Positions 48,576-57,995 are shown, counted from the whole stretch's first letter. The stretch is 57,995 nt of DNA, filler included, from an uncultured Synergistales bacterium (GCA_937897575.1; 5 parts of 5 records of this genome joined end to end with filler, not necessarily neighbours in it); one strand, 5' to 3'. Translations and numbers: made by a program. Notes: generated by a model not told the origin, from the sequence alone.

Positions 48576-49943
48576 ATGGTGACCGCCTCCATACTGGACG
48601 CCCGAGAGGCCCGGTGGAACAGACGCCGAAGAAAAGCGTCCGCCATGCCGCCCGGGAGGGTCCTCGTGACGTTCACCCTGCGAATGCCCTCCTCCCTGCG
48701 CCTGGATGACCGGCGCAACTCTTTCGGAAAGCCCCTCTTCGACTCGCTGCTCCGCTTTTTCGACAGGATGGGGATGACCGTCACCGAGGAGGAGTACCTC
48801 GTCGGCGGCGACGGTCCGGAGGGGTACTGCCTCGTCCTAGGGGGCGCGGACGAGGTCAAGAGGGGCGCCGTGCACTTCGAGGAGAACCACCCCTGGGGAG
48901 ACCTCGCCGACGTGGACATCATGGACGGAGCGCTCCGTTGCGTGGAGCGGAGGGCGTCAGACCTCCCTCCGAGACGGTGCTACGTCTGCGGGGGCACTGC
49001 GTCGGAGTGCATCGTCGCTCGCGCCCACACAGTCGAGGAGACGAACCGGTGCGTTCTCGAAATCCTCGAGCGCCCCGCACCGAAGAAGGGTCGCAGCATC
49101 TCCTCTCTTGCGGCAAAGGCCGCCGAGGCCCTGCTCTTCGAGACGGCGGCGGCGCCGAAGCCGGGGCTTGTGGACCCGTTGACGAACGGTGCTCACAAGG
49201 ACATGGACTATTTCACGTTTCTTCGCAGCGCCGCCGCGCTGGCCCCTTGGTGGGAGGTCTTTGTCCAGCTTGGCTGGGACTTCGGGGGCGAAGAGCCGGC
49301 ACAGCTGCTCCCTCTCCTCAGGGCGCGGGGCCTGGAGGCGGAGCGGGCCATGCTGGCCGCCACGGGAGGGGTCAACACGCATAAGGGGCTCATTTTCTCC
49401 CTCGGAATCCTCTGCGCTGCGGCGGGGAACCTCGCGGCGGCCGATGTGCCGGTGACTGACCAAACCTGCTCGGCCTACGCCGCCCGGATCGTGCAAGGAA
49501 TCGTGGAGAGGGACTTCTCGGGGCTCGAGAAAAAAGCCGATGCCCGTCGCACATGGGGGGAGAGGCTCTATCTTCGGTACGGTGCCACAGGAATACGGGG
49601 GGAAGTGGAGCAGGGATTCCCCTCCGTCTTGAATCACGGGCTTCCCAGGCTTCGATCCGATCTGAGCGAGGGGACCTCCTTGAACGACGCCCTGGTGAAC
49701 TGCCTCCTGACCCTCTGTACCGTCACTGAGGACACCAACGTCCTCGCCCGGGGAGGGCCGGAGGGGTCTCGTCTCGTGCGGGACGGCGCGGCGAAGGTCC
49801 TCGCTCTCGGAGGAGCAGGGTCCCCCGAGGGGAGAGAGGCGACCTTCGCTCTGGACCGTGCCCTCACGGAGCGGAACATCTCTCCCGGAGGAAGCGCCGA
49901 CCTCCTCGCCGTCACGGTTTTTCTGTGGCTTCTCTCTCCGTGA
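48576..49943 (+). CDS. citXG: CitX-CitG fusion (holo-ACP synthase / triphosphoribosyl-dephospho-CoA synthase)
   Basis: ILDAREAR, EENHPWGDLADVD, PRRCYVC; PKPGLVD, GAHKDMD, GVNTHKG, DTNVLARGG, SPGGSADLL. Confidence 0.9.
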   Translation: MVTASILDAREARWNRRRRKASAMPPGRVLVTFTLRMPSSLRLDDRRNSFGKPLFDSLLRFFDRMGMTVTEEEYLVGGDGPEGYCLVLGGADEVKRGAVHFEENHPWGDLADVDIMDGALRCVERRASDLPPRRCYVCGGTASECIVARAHTVEETNRCVLEILERPAPKKGRSISSLAAKAAEALLFETAAAPKPGLVDPLTNGAHKDMDYFTFLRSAAALAPWWEVFVQLGWDFGGEEPAQLLPLLRARGLEAERAMLAATGGVNTHKGLIFSLGILCAAAGNLAAADVPVTDQTCSAYAARIVQGIVERDFSGLEKKADARRTWGERLYLRYGATGIRGEVEQGFPSVLNHGLPRLRSDLSEGTSLNDALVNCLLTLCTVTEDTNVLARGGPEGSRLVRDGAAKVLALGGAGSPEGREATFALDRALTERNISPGGSADLLAVTVFLWLLSP

Positions 49944-49971
49944 TCTCTATCGTGAAGTGTTCGGACAGGAT

Positions 49972-50007
49972 AAGAGGGGCCGGAACGAAGACGTTCCGGC
50001 CCCTCTT
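49972..50007. terminator. Bidirectional terminator
   Basis: AAGAGGGGCCGGAACG-aaga-CGTTCCGGCCCCTCTT between convergent genes. Confidence 0.82.
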
Positions 50008-50025
50008 TCGCAGTGCTGAATGGAG

Positions 50026-51177
50026 TTACTTGCTCGGGGTGATGAGCTTCGGGTCGGTGATGACCCCGTAGTAGCGGAACAGGCCGTCCTTGACGGTCTG
50101 GATCTGTATGGGTTTCACAACCTCGCCGTCGGCGTCGAAGCCCGCGATGAGGCCCGTCAGGCCGTCGTAGTTCTTCGTCTCGGAGAGGGCCTTGGCGACG
50201 GCGGGGCCGTCGGTGGTGCCGGCCTTCTTGATGGCGTCGACGATGAGCATGAAGCCGTCGTAGGCGGAGGCGCCGACCATGTCGGGTTCTATGGAGTGGA
50301 GCTTCCGGTAGGTCGCGAGGAACTCCTGAACGAAGGGCCGTTCGTCGTCCCGGTTCAGGTTGGTGACGATGATGAGCCCTTCAGCAGCGCTGCCGGCGAT
50401 CTCTGCGGTCTTGGGGGAGTCCGCCCCCTCTTCGCCGATGAACTGGATGGTGATCCCCATCTCCCTGGCCTGCTTCAGCGCCGGTCCCATCTGGAAGTAG
50501 TAGCCGCTGAAGAAGAGGACGTCGGGGTTCGTCGCCTGCATCTTCGACAGGTAGGGCTTGAAGTCCTTCTCGCTCATGGGGTATCTCTGGGTGGACACGA
50601 TTTGAACGCCGTCCACACCCTTGACGTACTCGTCGAACCCCTGGGACAGGGTGGTGCCGAAGTCGTTGTCGCTTACGATGAGGGCGATCTTCTTCGCCTT
50701 GAGCAGCTCCACGGCCACGTGGGCCGCTCCCTTCCCCTCCACGGTCCCGAGGAATCCGTTACGGAAGGTGTAGTCCCCTATGGTGATGTCCGGGTGCAGG
50801 GCGTAGGCCGACACGAGAGGAATCTCCTCGTCGTTGAATATGGCCGACACGGCGCGGGTCGGAAGGCTGTAGGAGCCGGCCACGAAGCCGACGACCTTGT
50901 CCTGCTCGATGAGCTTGTAGGCAAGGGGAACGGACTGTTTGGGGTCCGCCGCGTCGTCGTAGCAGACAAGCTCCACTTTCTTTCCGAGAACTCCGCCTTC
51001 TGCGTTCACCTTGTCCACGGCGATCTTCACGGACTCGTACACGCTGAAGCCGTCCGCCGCCGCGAAACCCGTGAGGGGTGCGAGCATCCCGATCTTGATC
51101 GTCTCCTGGGCAAAGGCCGGCCCGACGGAGAGCAGGGCAACAACCAACAGAACAGCGAGCATGCGAAGCCTTCTCAT
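50026..51177 (-). CDS. Branched-chain amino acid ABC transporter substrate-binding protein (LivJ/K-like)
   Basis: GGAGGT RBS, signal peptide, IKIGMLAPLTG, VNAEGGVLGKKVELVCYDD. Confidence 0.9.
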   Translation of the reverse strand: MRRLRMLAVLLVVALLSVGPAFAQETIKIGMLAPLTGFAAADGFSVYESVKIAVDKVNAEGGVLGKKVELVCYDDAADPKQSVPLAYKLIEQDKVVGFVAGSYSLPTRAVSAIFNDEEIPLVSAYALHPDITIGDYTFRNGFLGTVEGKGAAHVAVELLKAKKIALIVSDNDFGTTLSQGFDEYVKGVDGVQIVSTQRYPMSEKDFKPYLSKMQATNPDVLFFSGYYFQMGPALKQAREMGITIQFIGEEGADSPKTAEIAGSAAEGLIIVTNLNRDDERPFVQEFLATYRKLHSIEPDMVGASAYDGFMLIVDAIKKAGTTDGPAVAKALSETKNYDGLTGLIAGFDADGEVVKPIQIQTVKDGLFRYYGVITDPKLITPSK

Positions 51178-51248
51178 ACACAACACCTCCCGAAAATTAG
51201 GGCCCCCTCGGAGACCCTCTTCCTCCGGCCCGAGGCCGGCACGTCTCA

Positions 51249-51953
51249 TTACATCCCCAGGTACGCCTCCTGTACCCTGCGGTCGTTCTGAAGGTCCTGC
51301 GCCGAACCCTCCAGCCGGATCTCGCCCGTCTCGAGCACGTAGGCCCGGTGGGATATCTCCAGGGAGAGGAGGGCGCTCTGCTCCACAAGCAGGATAGTGA
51401 GCCCCGAATCCCTGTTCAGGGATTGAAGGACTGCGAAAACCTCCGAGACGAGTTTCGGCATGAGCCCCATGGAGACCTCGTCGACGAGAAGCAGCTCCGG
51501 CTGGGAGACGAGGGCCCGGGCGATGGCGAGCTGCTGCTGTTCGCCCCCCGAGAGGGTCGACCCCAGTTGGACGGATCGTTCGGCCAGGATGGGAAAGAGG
51601 GTATAGAGCGTCTCGACGCGCTCTCTGAAGTTGGCCGACTGTTGGTAGGCCCCCATGCGGAGGTTCTCGTAGACCGTGAGGTCCGGAAAGATACGCGCCC
51701 GCTCCGGGACGATGCGAAGCCCCTTTTTGGCCCGGACGTGGGGCGGCATGGAGCGGATGTCCTCTCCGTTGTAGTTCATGACCTCCGCGGCGGATGTCTG
51801 GAGCCCCATGATGGACCGCAGGATGCTCGTCTTGCCCGCCCCGTTCGCGCCGATGATGCTGACCAGCTCGCCCCGCTCCACGGAGAGGTTCACGTCGTGG
51901 ACGGCCTGGACGTCGCCGTAGCGCACGGTCAGTCCCCGGATTTCAAGCAACAT
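51249..51953 (-). CDS. livF: BCAA ABC transporter ATP-binding protein
   Basis: GANGAGKT, LSGGEQQQLAIARAL, AYVLETG, VQEAYLG. Confidence 0.9.
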   Translation of the reverse strand: MLLEIRGLTVRYGDVQAVHDVNLSVERGELVSIIGANGAGKTSILRSIMGLQTSAAEVMNYNGEDIRSMPPHVRAKKGLRIVPERARIFPDLTVYENLRMGAYQQSANFRERVETLYTLFPILAERSVQLGSTLSGGEQQQLAIARALVSQPELLLVDEVSMGLMPKLVSEVFAVLQSLNRDSGLTILLVEQSALLSLEISHRAYVLETGEIRLEGSAQDLQNDRRVQEAYLGM

Positions 51954-52704
51954 GGCTTTTCTTCCTCCCGAGGTAGGCCTCGATGACCTCCGGATTCTCC
52001 GTTATCTCGGCGGGAAGGCCCTCGGCGAGCTTCCGGCCGTGGTCGAGCACGATGATCCTGTCCGAGAGCCCCATGGCCACCTTCATGTTGTGTTCGATGA
52101 GCAGGATGGAGACTCCGAGGCTCCGGATTCTGCGCACCAGCTCCTCGATGATGACGATCTCCTCGTGCCGGAGCCCTGAGAAGGACTCGTCCAGCAGCAG
52201 TACCTTGGGGTTGAGGGCGAGGGCCCGGGCGATCTCGAGCTTTCTCAGGTTGCCCAGGGGGAGGGTGCCCGAGACCCTGTCCGCCAGATCCTGCAAGCCC
52301 ACGGTCTCGAGGATCTCCTGTCCGCGGCGGCGGATTTTCGGCCTGTCCCACCGGCCGTACGCCCCGAGGAAACTCGAGTAGCGGTCGTGCCCGAGGGCCA
52401 CGCAGACGTTGTCCAAAACGGTGAGTCCGGCGAAGGGGTGGACGATCTGGAAGGTCCTCCCCATGCCGAGGTTCGCGATCCTGTGGGGCGGAAGGCCTTG
52501 GATGGGGCGCCCCTCGAGAAGGATTTCGCCCGAGGAGGGGGTGTAGACCCCCGAGATCATGTTGAAGCACGTCGTCTTGCCTGCGCCGTTTGGCCCGAGA
52601 AGGCCGAGGATGTCCCCCGCGGCGAGATCGAAGCTCACATCCTGCACAGCTGTCAGGCCGCCGAAGCGGATCGTCAGGTTCCGGACGGAGAGCAGGGCGT
52701 CCAT
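51943..52704 (-). CDS. livG: BCAA ABC transporter ATP-binding protein
   Basis: FGGLTAV, GPNGAGKTT, GRTFQ, LIEHNM, VIEAYLG. Confidence 0.9.
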   Translation of the reverse strand: MDALLSVRNLTIRFGGLTAVQDVSFDLAAGDILGLLGPNGAGKTTCFNMISGVYTPSSGEILLEGRPIQGLPPHRIANLGMGRTFQIVHPFAGLTVLDNVCVALGHDRYSSFLGAYGRWDRPKIRRRGQEILETVGLQDLADRVSGTLPLGNLRKLEIARALALNPKVLLLDESFSGLRHEEIVIIEELVRRIRSLGVSILLIEHNMKVAMGLSDRIIVLDHGRKLAEGLPAEITENPEVIEAYLGRKKSHVA

Positions 52705-52705
52705 A

Positions 52706-53118
52706 TCAGGCACCTCCCTCTGCCGTGTCGGCGCCCTTGTCGGCAACAGCCGGAGCGGTGACGCGCTTTTTTCTTCGTCCGAGGATGCCCTCGGGGCGGA
52801 AGCGGATCATGAAGAGGAGCAGGGCGGCGTAGAGGAACATGCGGTAGTCCACCAGCGGCCGGAAGACCTCGGGCAGGACGCCCAGGATGACGGCGCCGAG
52901 GAGGGGGCCGAAGACCGTCCCGATCCCGCCCACGATGACCAGGGAGAGAAGGGTCACCGAGACGGAGAAGGCGAAGGAGTCGGCGGCGATGAAGCGCATG
53001 TAGTGGGCGTAGAGCGCCCCGGCGAGCCCCGCCATGAGGGTCCCGACGACGAAGGCCGTCAGCTTCGTCCGCACGGGAGAGACCCCCATGCTCGAGGCGG
53101 CCGTCTCGAGCATGGGGG
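52706..53118 (-). CDS. livM: BCAA ABC transporter permease, 5-prime end missing
   Basis: AGLAGALYAH, IVGGIGTVFGPLLGA, FRPEGILG. Confidence 0.85.
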
Positions 53119-53218
53119 NNNNNNNNNNNNNNNNNNNNNNNNNNNNNNNNNNNNNNNNNNNNTTAATTAATTAANNNNNNNNNNNNNNNNNNNNNNNNNN
53201 NNNNNNNNNNNNNNNNNN
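53119..53218. other. Artificial contig linker
   Basis: 44 N + TTAATTAATTAA + 44 N. Confidence 0.99.
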
Positions 53219-53293
53219 GGAGGGACGGGGCCCTATGTGCTTGGCGGCCGGAAGGCGGCGCCAAGGGAACAACACGGTGCAGGAGGTGGTGCA

Positions 53294-54319
53294 ATGAACT
53301 CGTACCTCGTGGTATCGACGGGGGGGACCATCGCATCCCGGCCGGGAGCGGACGGTTTGGCGCCGTCTGTGCCCGGTGAAGAATTACTCTCGTCCGTCCG
53401 AGGAACCGACCGGTTCGGGACTCTCTCCGTGCTGGACCTGTTCTCAAAGGACAGTTCGAACATGGCCCCCGAGGACTGGCGCATCATGGCGAAGTGCCTT
53501 CTTTCCGAAGAGGGGAACTACGACGGGGTTTTGATCCTCCACGGCACGGACACCATGGCCTATTCGGCCTCGGCGCTCTCCTTCATGCTCCCCGGTTTCA
53601 GCCGGCCCGTGGTCATAACGGGCTCCATGCTCCCCATAGGGGAGGCGGGCTCCGATGCCGAGGAGAACATCCTCGAAGGGCTCACTTTCCTGTCCGAACT
53701 CTGCCGGAGAGGCCAACGGGGCGTCTCCATCGCCTTTCACGGCCACCTCATCCACGGCCCGCGGTCCCAGAAGATCCTGAGCCACGACTCCATGGCCTTC
53801 TCCAGCATCAACTACCCGCCCCTGGGGCATATCCGGAACGGAAGGGCCGTTCTCGGACAACGGCCCTTCCTCCGCGAAGCATACCCCGTGGACGTGAGCA
53901 GTCTCGCTCTCGAGACCTCCATCTTCCTCGTCACGCTCTTCCCCGGTTTCCGCGCTCGCTATCTGGAACACATCCTGGACGCGAAGCCCCGGACCATCAT
54001 CCTCGAAGCCCTGGGACTCGGAGGAATTCCCTTTCTCGGAGAGAACCTTCTCCCCTCCATATCGCGCTGCCGGGACCTGGACATCCCCGTCGTGGTCACC
54101 ACCCAATGCGTCTACGGCGGAGTGGACCTGAACGTCTACGAGGTGGGGAAAAAAGCCCTGGACCTCGGCGCTCTTTCAGGCAAAGACATGACTCGAGAGG
54201 CCATCGTCGCGAAACTGATGATCGTTCTGCCTAAAGCGGAGCCCGAAAGACTGGGGCTCTTGCTCCACAGCAACTTCTGCGACGAGATCGTCGAGGCGCC
54301 CGATCTGTCTCAGGGGTAG
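53294..54319 (+). CDS. ansA: L-asparaginase (type I, cytoplasmic)
   Basis: AGGAGGT RBS; STGGTIAS, DSSNM, HGTDTMAYSAS, ITGSM, AFSSINYP, DMTREA. Confidence 0.9.
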   Translation: MNSYLVVSTGGTIASRPGADGLAPSVPGEELLSSVRGTDRFGTLSVLDLFSKDSSNMAPEDWRIMAKCLLSEEGNYDGVLILHGTDTMAYSASALSFMLPGFSRPVVITGSMLPIGEAGSDAEENILEGLTFLSELCRRGQRGVSIAFHGHLIHGPRSQKILSHDSMAFSSINYPPLGHIRNGRAVLGQRPFLREAYPVDVSSLALETSIFLVTLFPGFRARYLEHILDAKPRTIILEALGLGGIPFLGENLLPSISRCRDLDIPVVVTTQCVYGGVDLNVYEVGKKALDLGALSGKDMTREAIVAKLMIVLPKAEPERLGLLLHSNFCDEIVEAPDLSQG

Positions 54320-54981
54320 ATGATCTGGAAGAGTTGCTGCGCCATCTTTTCATCTCTGTCCAGCAGCTTTTCATATTGGGCGAGGGCGGACGACTGATCG
54401 CCCAGCTCCGTGTAGCACAGCCCAAGTTCGTACAGAATCCGTTTGTTGCCCGGGTCGAAGGACAGCCCCTGATTCAGAAGACCGACGGCTTCATCGGGAC
54501 GTCCGGCAAGCCGGTATGCGCGTCCCAGCGCCTCGTACCCGCCGGAGTTCTTGGGATGCGCATTGATGATAACTCGGGCCGAGGAGAACGCCTCATCCCA
54601 CGACCCAAGATGGGCAAGGCTCTCACTGTTGCCCACCTGCCCTTCCAGGGAGAGCGGATTTGTGCCGAGATAGGCGTGATAGGCCTTCACCGCCTCCTCA
54701 TGGTTGCCAAGAAACCGGTTCGCATGGGCGAACTCGAGAAGGGCGGCAGGATATCCGGGTTTTTTCCCGAGGACCGCTTTTGCGACCCACAGGGCCTTCG
54801 AATACTGTCCGTCTTCGTTGTACGCCCGCGCGAGCAAGGACTGAACACGAACATCCTCCGGATACTTCGTGGCCTCTCGCGTCGCCTGCTCGAGAGGCGT
54901 CAGAGCAACCGCGTCCGAAATGGGGAGAAGAAGAAAACAGCCGAGGAGGACAAAAAGGCACAGGGGATTCACTCTTTTCAT
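54310..54981 (-). CDS. Exported tetratricopeptide-repeat protein
   Basis: Signal peptide followed by several TPR-like helical repeats. Confidence 0.8.
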   Translation of the reverse strand: MKRVNPLCLFVLLGCFLLLPISDAVALTPLEQATREATKYPEDVRVQSLLARAYNEDGQYSKALWVAKAVLGKKPGYPAALLEFAHANRFLGNHEEAVKAYHAYLGTNPLSLEGQVGNSESLAHLGSWDEAFSSARVIINAHPKNSGGYEALGRAYRLAGRPDEAVGLLNQGLSFDPGNKRILYELGLCYTELGDQSSALAQYEKLLDRDEKMAQQLFQIIYP

Positions 54982-54992
54982 CGCATATCACC

Positions 54993-55805
54993 TCACTGAC
55001 AGGAGTCTATAAATTCCCTCTCGTTCAATTCCGGCCGGATACCGAACCGAGTGAGCACAAAATCGTATTTTACCGGATCGTCCGGAAGAATATGGCTGAA
55101 GACTGTGGTGATCTCCCTGGCGGTCCTGAGGTCGGGGGTCCTGCGCTGCGTGAGCCCGAGCGCCGAGCAGATCCTGAACATATGGACATCCAATGGAACG
55201 ACCAGGTCCCTCGGTGAGAGGACAGACCATTCCCCCGGGTCCACTTCATCGGAACGGACCATCCATTTCAGAAAAAGGAACAGTCGTTTGCACGCGCTGC
55301 CGTCGCGCGGAGACGCGAGAAGAAAGGACGAAGGGATCTTTCCGGCCTCGCGGATTCCTTCGACAAACAGGGAGACTCCCTCCAGCCTATGGGAGGACGC
55401 TTGGAGGTTGTGCCCCAAGAAGCACTCAAGGCTTCCCCATCGACGAAGCACCGAACCGATTCCGCCGAGAAGGCGCACCATCTCCTCCCCGGAAGTGAAG
55501 CGATGCCGGAAGGATCGTAACGTTAGCAACAGATCTTCCTGGGGGGCACTTTTCAAAAATTCGGCGGGGGAGGCTCCCAGAACCTTCAATACCACCTCCA
55601 CGCTCCTCAGAATCTGCGTCACCCTGCCGTAGGCGATACACGAGGCGATGAGGCCCACGACCTCGCGGTCTTCCGGTCTTTCGTATCGGTAGACGAATTC
55701 AAGGGGATCGGGGGAGACGAACTCCTTTCTGTTGTAACGTTCGTAAGCCGCTTCCAGCAGGGGGAAGAGCCGAGACACGTTCTCCCGCTGTCGCTCGTTC
55801 TTCAT
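54993..55805 (-). CDS. TIGR02757 / DUF2400 family protein
   Basis: DPLEFVYRY, IAYGRVTQI, SACKRLFLFLKWMVR, VDPG, PLDVH, DPVKYDF. Confidence 0.88.
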   Translation of the reverse strand: MKNERQRENVSRLFPLLEAAYERYNRKEFVSPDPLEFVYRYERPEDREVVGLIASCIAYGRVTQILRSVEVVLKVLGASPAEFLKSAPQEDLLLTLRSFRHRFTSGEEMVRLLGGIGSVLRRWGSLECFLGHNLQASSHRLEGVSLFVEGIREAGKIPSSFLLASPRDGSACKRLFLFLKWMVRSDEVDPGEWSVLSPRDLVVPLDVHMFRICSALGLTQRRTPDLRTAREITTVFSHILPDDPVKYDFVLTRFGIRPELNEREFIDSCQ

Positions 55806-55839
55806 GGGCTATGTGCTCAACCTTCCTCTGCTTCGAATT

Positions 55840-56367
55840 TCATTTGATCTGGTTGAACACCGACGAAGGGGCGTTCGCCGGAGATTTCCCCTTCTTTATG
55901 CTGTGGTAGTTCGCATAGGTCAGCGGGGTCCCCTCCTTCAGCACCTGAGCTTTTTCGACCTGAGCGATGAAAAGTTTGTGCGTGAACACATCCACGACCG
56001 AAAGAACCTTGAGCTCTATGCCCGAAAGGGCGTACTCCGTCACGAGGGGAAGACCACCTTCTTCTATCTCGAACTGACAGTTTGCGAATTTGTCGATTTC
56101 CCGCCCGCAGCGAAAGCCAAAGGTTCCGATGAATTTCAGAGGAACCTTTTCTTCGAGGACGGAAACGGTGAATCGACCGCTCTTCTCCACAAGCTCCGTC
56201 GTGTAGTTCTCCTTGTGCAGGCAGGTCGCCACGCAGATGGGGGACGAGGTGAGCTGCATCAGGGCGTTGATGATCTGCCCATTCTTCTTCCCCTCCCATG
56301 CAGAGGAGACAATGTAGACGCCGTAGCTCAAATTGAAAAGCGCGCGCGGATCAATGGCGGGGTTCAT
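55840..56367 (-). CDS. Flavin reductase-like protein (resembles the N-domain of high-molecular-weight rubredoxin)
   Basis: LSYGVYIVS, NGQIIN, FGFRCGREIDKF, THKLFI, PLTYANYH, KKGKSPANAPS. Confidence 0.85.
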   Translation of the reverse strand: MNPAIDPRALFNLSYGVYIVSSAWEGKKNGQIINALMQLTSSPICVATCLHKENYTTELVEKSGRFTVSVLEEKVPLKFIGTFGFRCGREIDKFANCQFEIEEGGLPLVTEYALSGIELKVLSVVDVFTHKLFIAQVEKAQVLKEGTPLTYANYHSIKKGKSPANAPSSVFNQIK

Positions 56368-56455
56368 CTCTACCGTACCCTCCTGCTCTTCATAGTAGCG
56401 GGGCAGGGACCAAAAAAACCCCGCCCCTGCCGAAACAGCGTATGGTTAACGGGAA

Positions 56456-56950
56456 CTAATCGTCTTCTCTCTTCCCAAGCTCGTGGTCCATCATGAAGAG
56501 CCCGTTTTTCGAATCTCCGACCATCTCGAGTTTCCCGACGATCTCGAGGGTGCTCGCCTCTTCCTCCACCTGCTCCGACACGAACCAGTGCAGGAATTCC
56601 TGAGCGGGATAGTCCTTCTCCGCTATGGCGAGGTCCATGAGCTCGTGGATTCTCTTGGAGATATACTGCTCATGTTCGTAGGCCTCTTTGAACGCCTCAA
56701 GGGGCGAAGCCCACTTGCCCTTCGGTGCCTCGATGGCAGCGTACTTCACCTTGCCGTCCCGGTCGTGGATGAAGTCCACGAACCGTTTCGCATGCTCGAA
56801 CTCCTCGTCCGCCTGGACTTTCATCCAGTGCGCCATGCCCTTCAAGTTCTCGGACTCGAGGTGCGCCGCCATAGCCAGATAGAGATAATCGGAGAACAGC
56901 TCGGCATTGATCTGATCGTTGAACGCACTTTCAATCTTTTTATTCATCAT
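56456..56950 (-). CDS. ftn: Non-heme ferritin
   Basis: NDQINAELFSDYLYLAM, QADEEFEHA, EHEQYIS, WFVSEQVEEE. Confidence 0.92.
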   Translation of the reverse strand: MMNKKIESAFNDQINAELFSDYLYLAMAAHLESENLKGMAHWMKVQADEEFEHAKRFVDFIHDRDGKVKYAAIEAPKGKWASPLEAFKEAYEHEQYISKRIHELMDLAIAEKDYPAQEFLHWFVSEQVEEEASTLEIVGKLEMVGDSKNGLFMMDHELGKREDD

Positions 56951-57316
56951 TTACAACTCCACCTTCCATAATCCGTGTATGTTGCAGTACTCCCTGCTCT
57001 TCTTCGGGGTGAAATCCTCGAAACGTGCTTCCGGCGCGTCGCCCGGCTTGAGGAACACCCGGCACACCTTGTCGCCCTCACCGATGATCTCGATGAACTC
57101 GATGTAGTGCTCGGCCGTCATCGGATGCGGGACGCTGCCCACCTTCACATTCTTGCCCTCCACCACGGGGACGTGCTTCTCCGTAGCGGAATCCGCCGTA
57201 TACTCCTCGAGGACCTTCATCGGTTGCCCGCAGCAGACGAGCTCTCCTCCGCCGACGTGCAGAACTTCTACGATGTTGCCGCATATTTCGCATTTGTAGA
57301 CATCCAAACGTTTCAC
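56951..57316 (-). CDS. dfx: Desulfoferrodoxin (2Fe superoxide reductase)
   Basis: CEICGN...[37 protein letters not shown]. Confidence 0.94.
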   Translation of the reverse strand: MKRLDVYKCEICGNIVEVLHVGGGELVCCGQPMKVLEEYTADSATEKHVPVVEGKNVKVGSVPHPMTAEHYIEFIEIIGEGDKVCRVFLKPGDAPEARFEDFTPKKSREYCNIHGLWKVEL

Positions 57317-57356
57317 GATATACCCTCCTCCTCTGAGTGAAGTTATTCCTCATCCT

Positions 57357-57378
57357 TGAACTGATTTTCATTATAACA
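57357..57378 (-). promoter_or_regulatory. Extended -10 promoter overlapped by a Fur/PerR-like box
   Basis: Minus strand TGtTATAAT; TATAATGAAAATCAGTTCA matches the 19-bp Fur consensus at 13/19. Confidence 0.55.
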
Positions 57379-57886
57379 CCAGTTCTCATTAAGAGAAGAG
57401 CCTGGTTCATGTTTTGCGTGCTCCCATTTCCGGAGAGGAACATACCGTTCCGATCTGTGAGCAGTACAGTCGGCCACGTCCGTCGGACAGGACAGAACGT
57501 TCCCGAATAAATGATCAAAAAAGATAATAGCAGGAAGATACGAACGAACAATGGAATGGAAAGGACGATAACAGCGGGTCGGTCCGTGCGAAGCGGCTTG
57601 TTGTATAAGAGAGAGTGGCGGAGAGGAAGAAAAGGTGTTCAACTCCGAGACCGCTGTGCCGCTCCAGGCACAGGAGGAGAATAGAAGTCTTTCTGTCTCT
57701 CGGAGTGGACCGCATCAGCACCGACTCTCCTGAGGGGCTCCTCCGCCTCTCGTCCGTCCCCTCGTAACCCCGCCGCGCTACCGCCGCACGGTTATGACCA
57801 TGAAATCCGCCCTGTGTGGTGTACGGTCTGCATGAGGCATGGTCTTCGTGAGGGAACGGTCTTCCAGTGCAAGAAGGCACGGGCCG

Positions 57887-57911
57887 CGACACAGGGGATA
57901 CCCCTGTGTCG
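57887..57911. other. Perfect 11-bp-stem hairpin next to the tandem repeat
   Basis: CGACACAGGGG-ata-CCCCTGTGTCG. Confidence 0.75.
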
Positions 57912-57918
57912 GAATGAT

Positions 57919-57995
57919 CTTGAGTCTTACCTCAGTCTTGCCTCAGTCTTGCCTCAGTCTTGCCTCAGTCTTGCCTCAGTCTTGCCTCAGTCTTG
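57919..57995. repeat. 11-bp tandem repeat (CCTCAGTCTTG)x6 plus one degenerate copy, reaching the window end
   Basis: Six exact units at 57930-57995, preceded by CTTGAGTCTTA. Confidence 0.95.

Noticed and set aside
57919..57995. CRISPR array
   Set aside because: Units are 11 bp, contiguous and without spacers; no cas genes in the window.

Overview
This is not one continuous locus. It is five contigs (1-17614, 17715-40828, 40929-42995, 43096-53118, 53219-57995) joined by artificial 100-nt N/TTAATTAATTAA/N linkers, and contig 3 ends in Illumina adapter. The DNA is mostly GC-rich and appears to come from an anaerobic amino-acid fermenter; Synergistota is a guess from gene content, not tested. 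Contig 1 holds an RpiR / class-III aminotransferase / TAXI-TRAP operon, several single genes, and a four-gene NuoE / Trx-like 2Fe-2S / NuoF / GltD-NuoG operon that best fits an Stn/NfnABC-type electron-bifurcating transhydrogenase. An NADP-dependent secondary alcohol dehydrogenase follows, and both units have Rex-like boxes. Contig 2 holds two M20 amidohydrolases behind a ~340-nt structured leader, a divergent frameshifted kynureninase, a TetR-MFP-RND pump, a methyltransferase islet, ArsR plus a disrupted CadA-like ATPase, a lower-GC oxidoreductase islet, a UXS-GT2-GT-C glycosylation cassette and two CapK-like ligases. Contig 3 holds abgT and what appears to be the rest of the AbgA-like gene begun on contig 2. 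Contig 4 holds a P-type ATPase, a GH13 enzyme, citC-citXG without citDEF and a liv ABC transporter. Contig 5 holds asparaginase, TPR and TIGR02757 genes, a desulfoferrodoxin-ferritin-flavin reductase unit and a terminal 11-bp tandem repeat. I recognised no tRNA, rRNA, CRISPR array, integrase or transposase. All family calls come from recognising motifs by eye, not from database searches.
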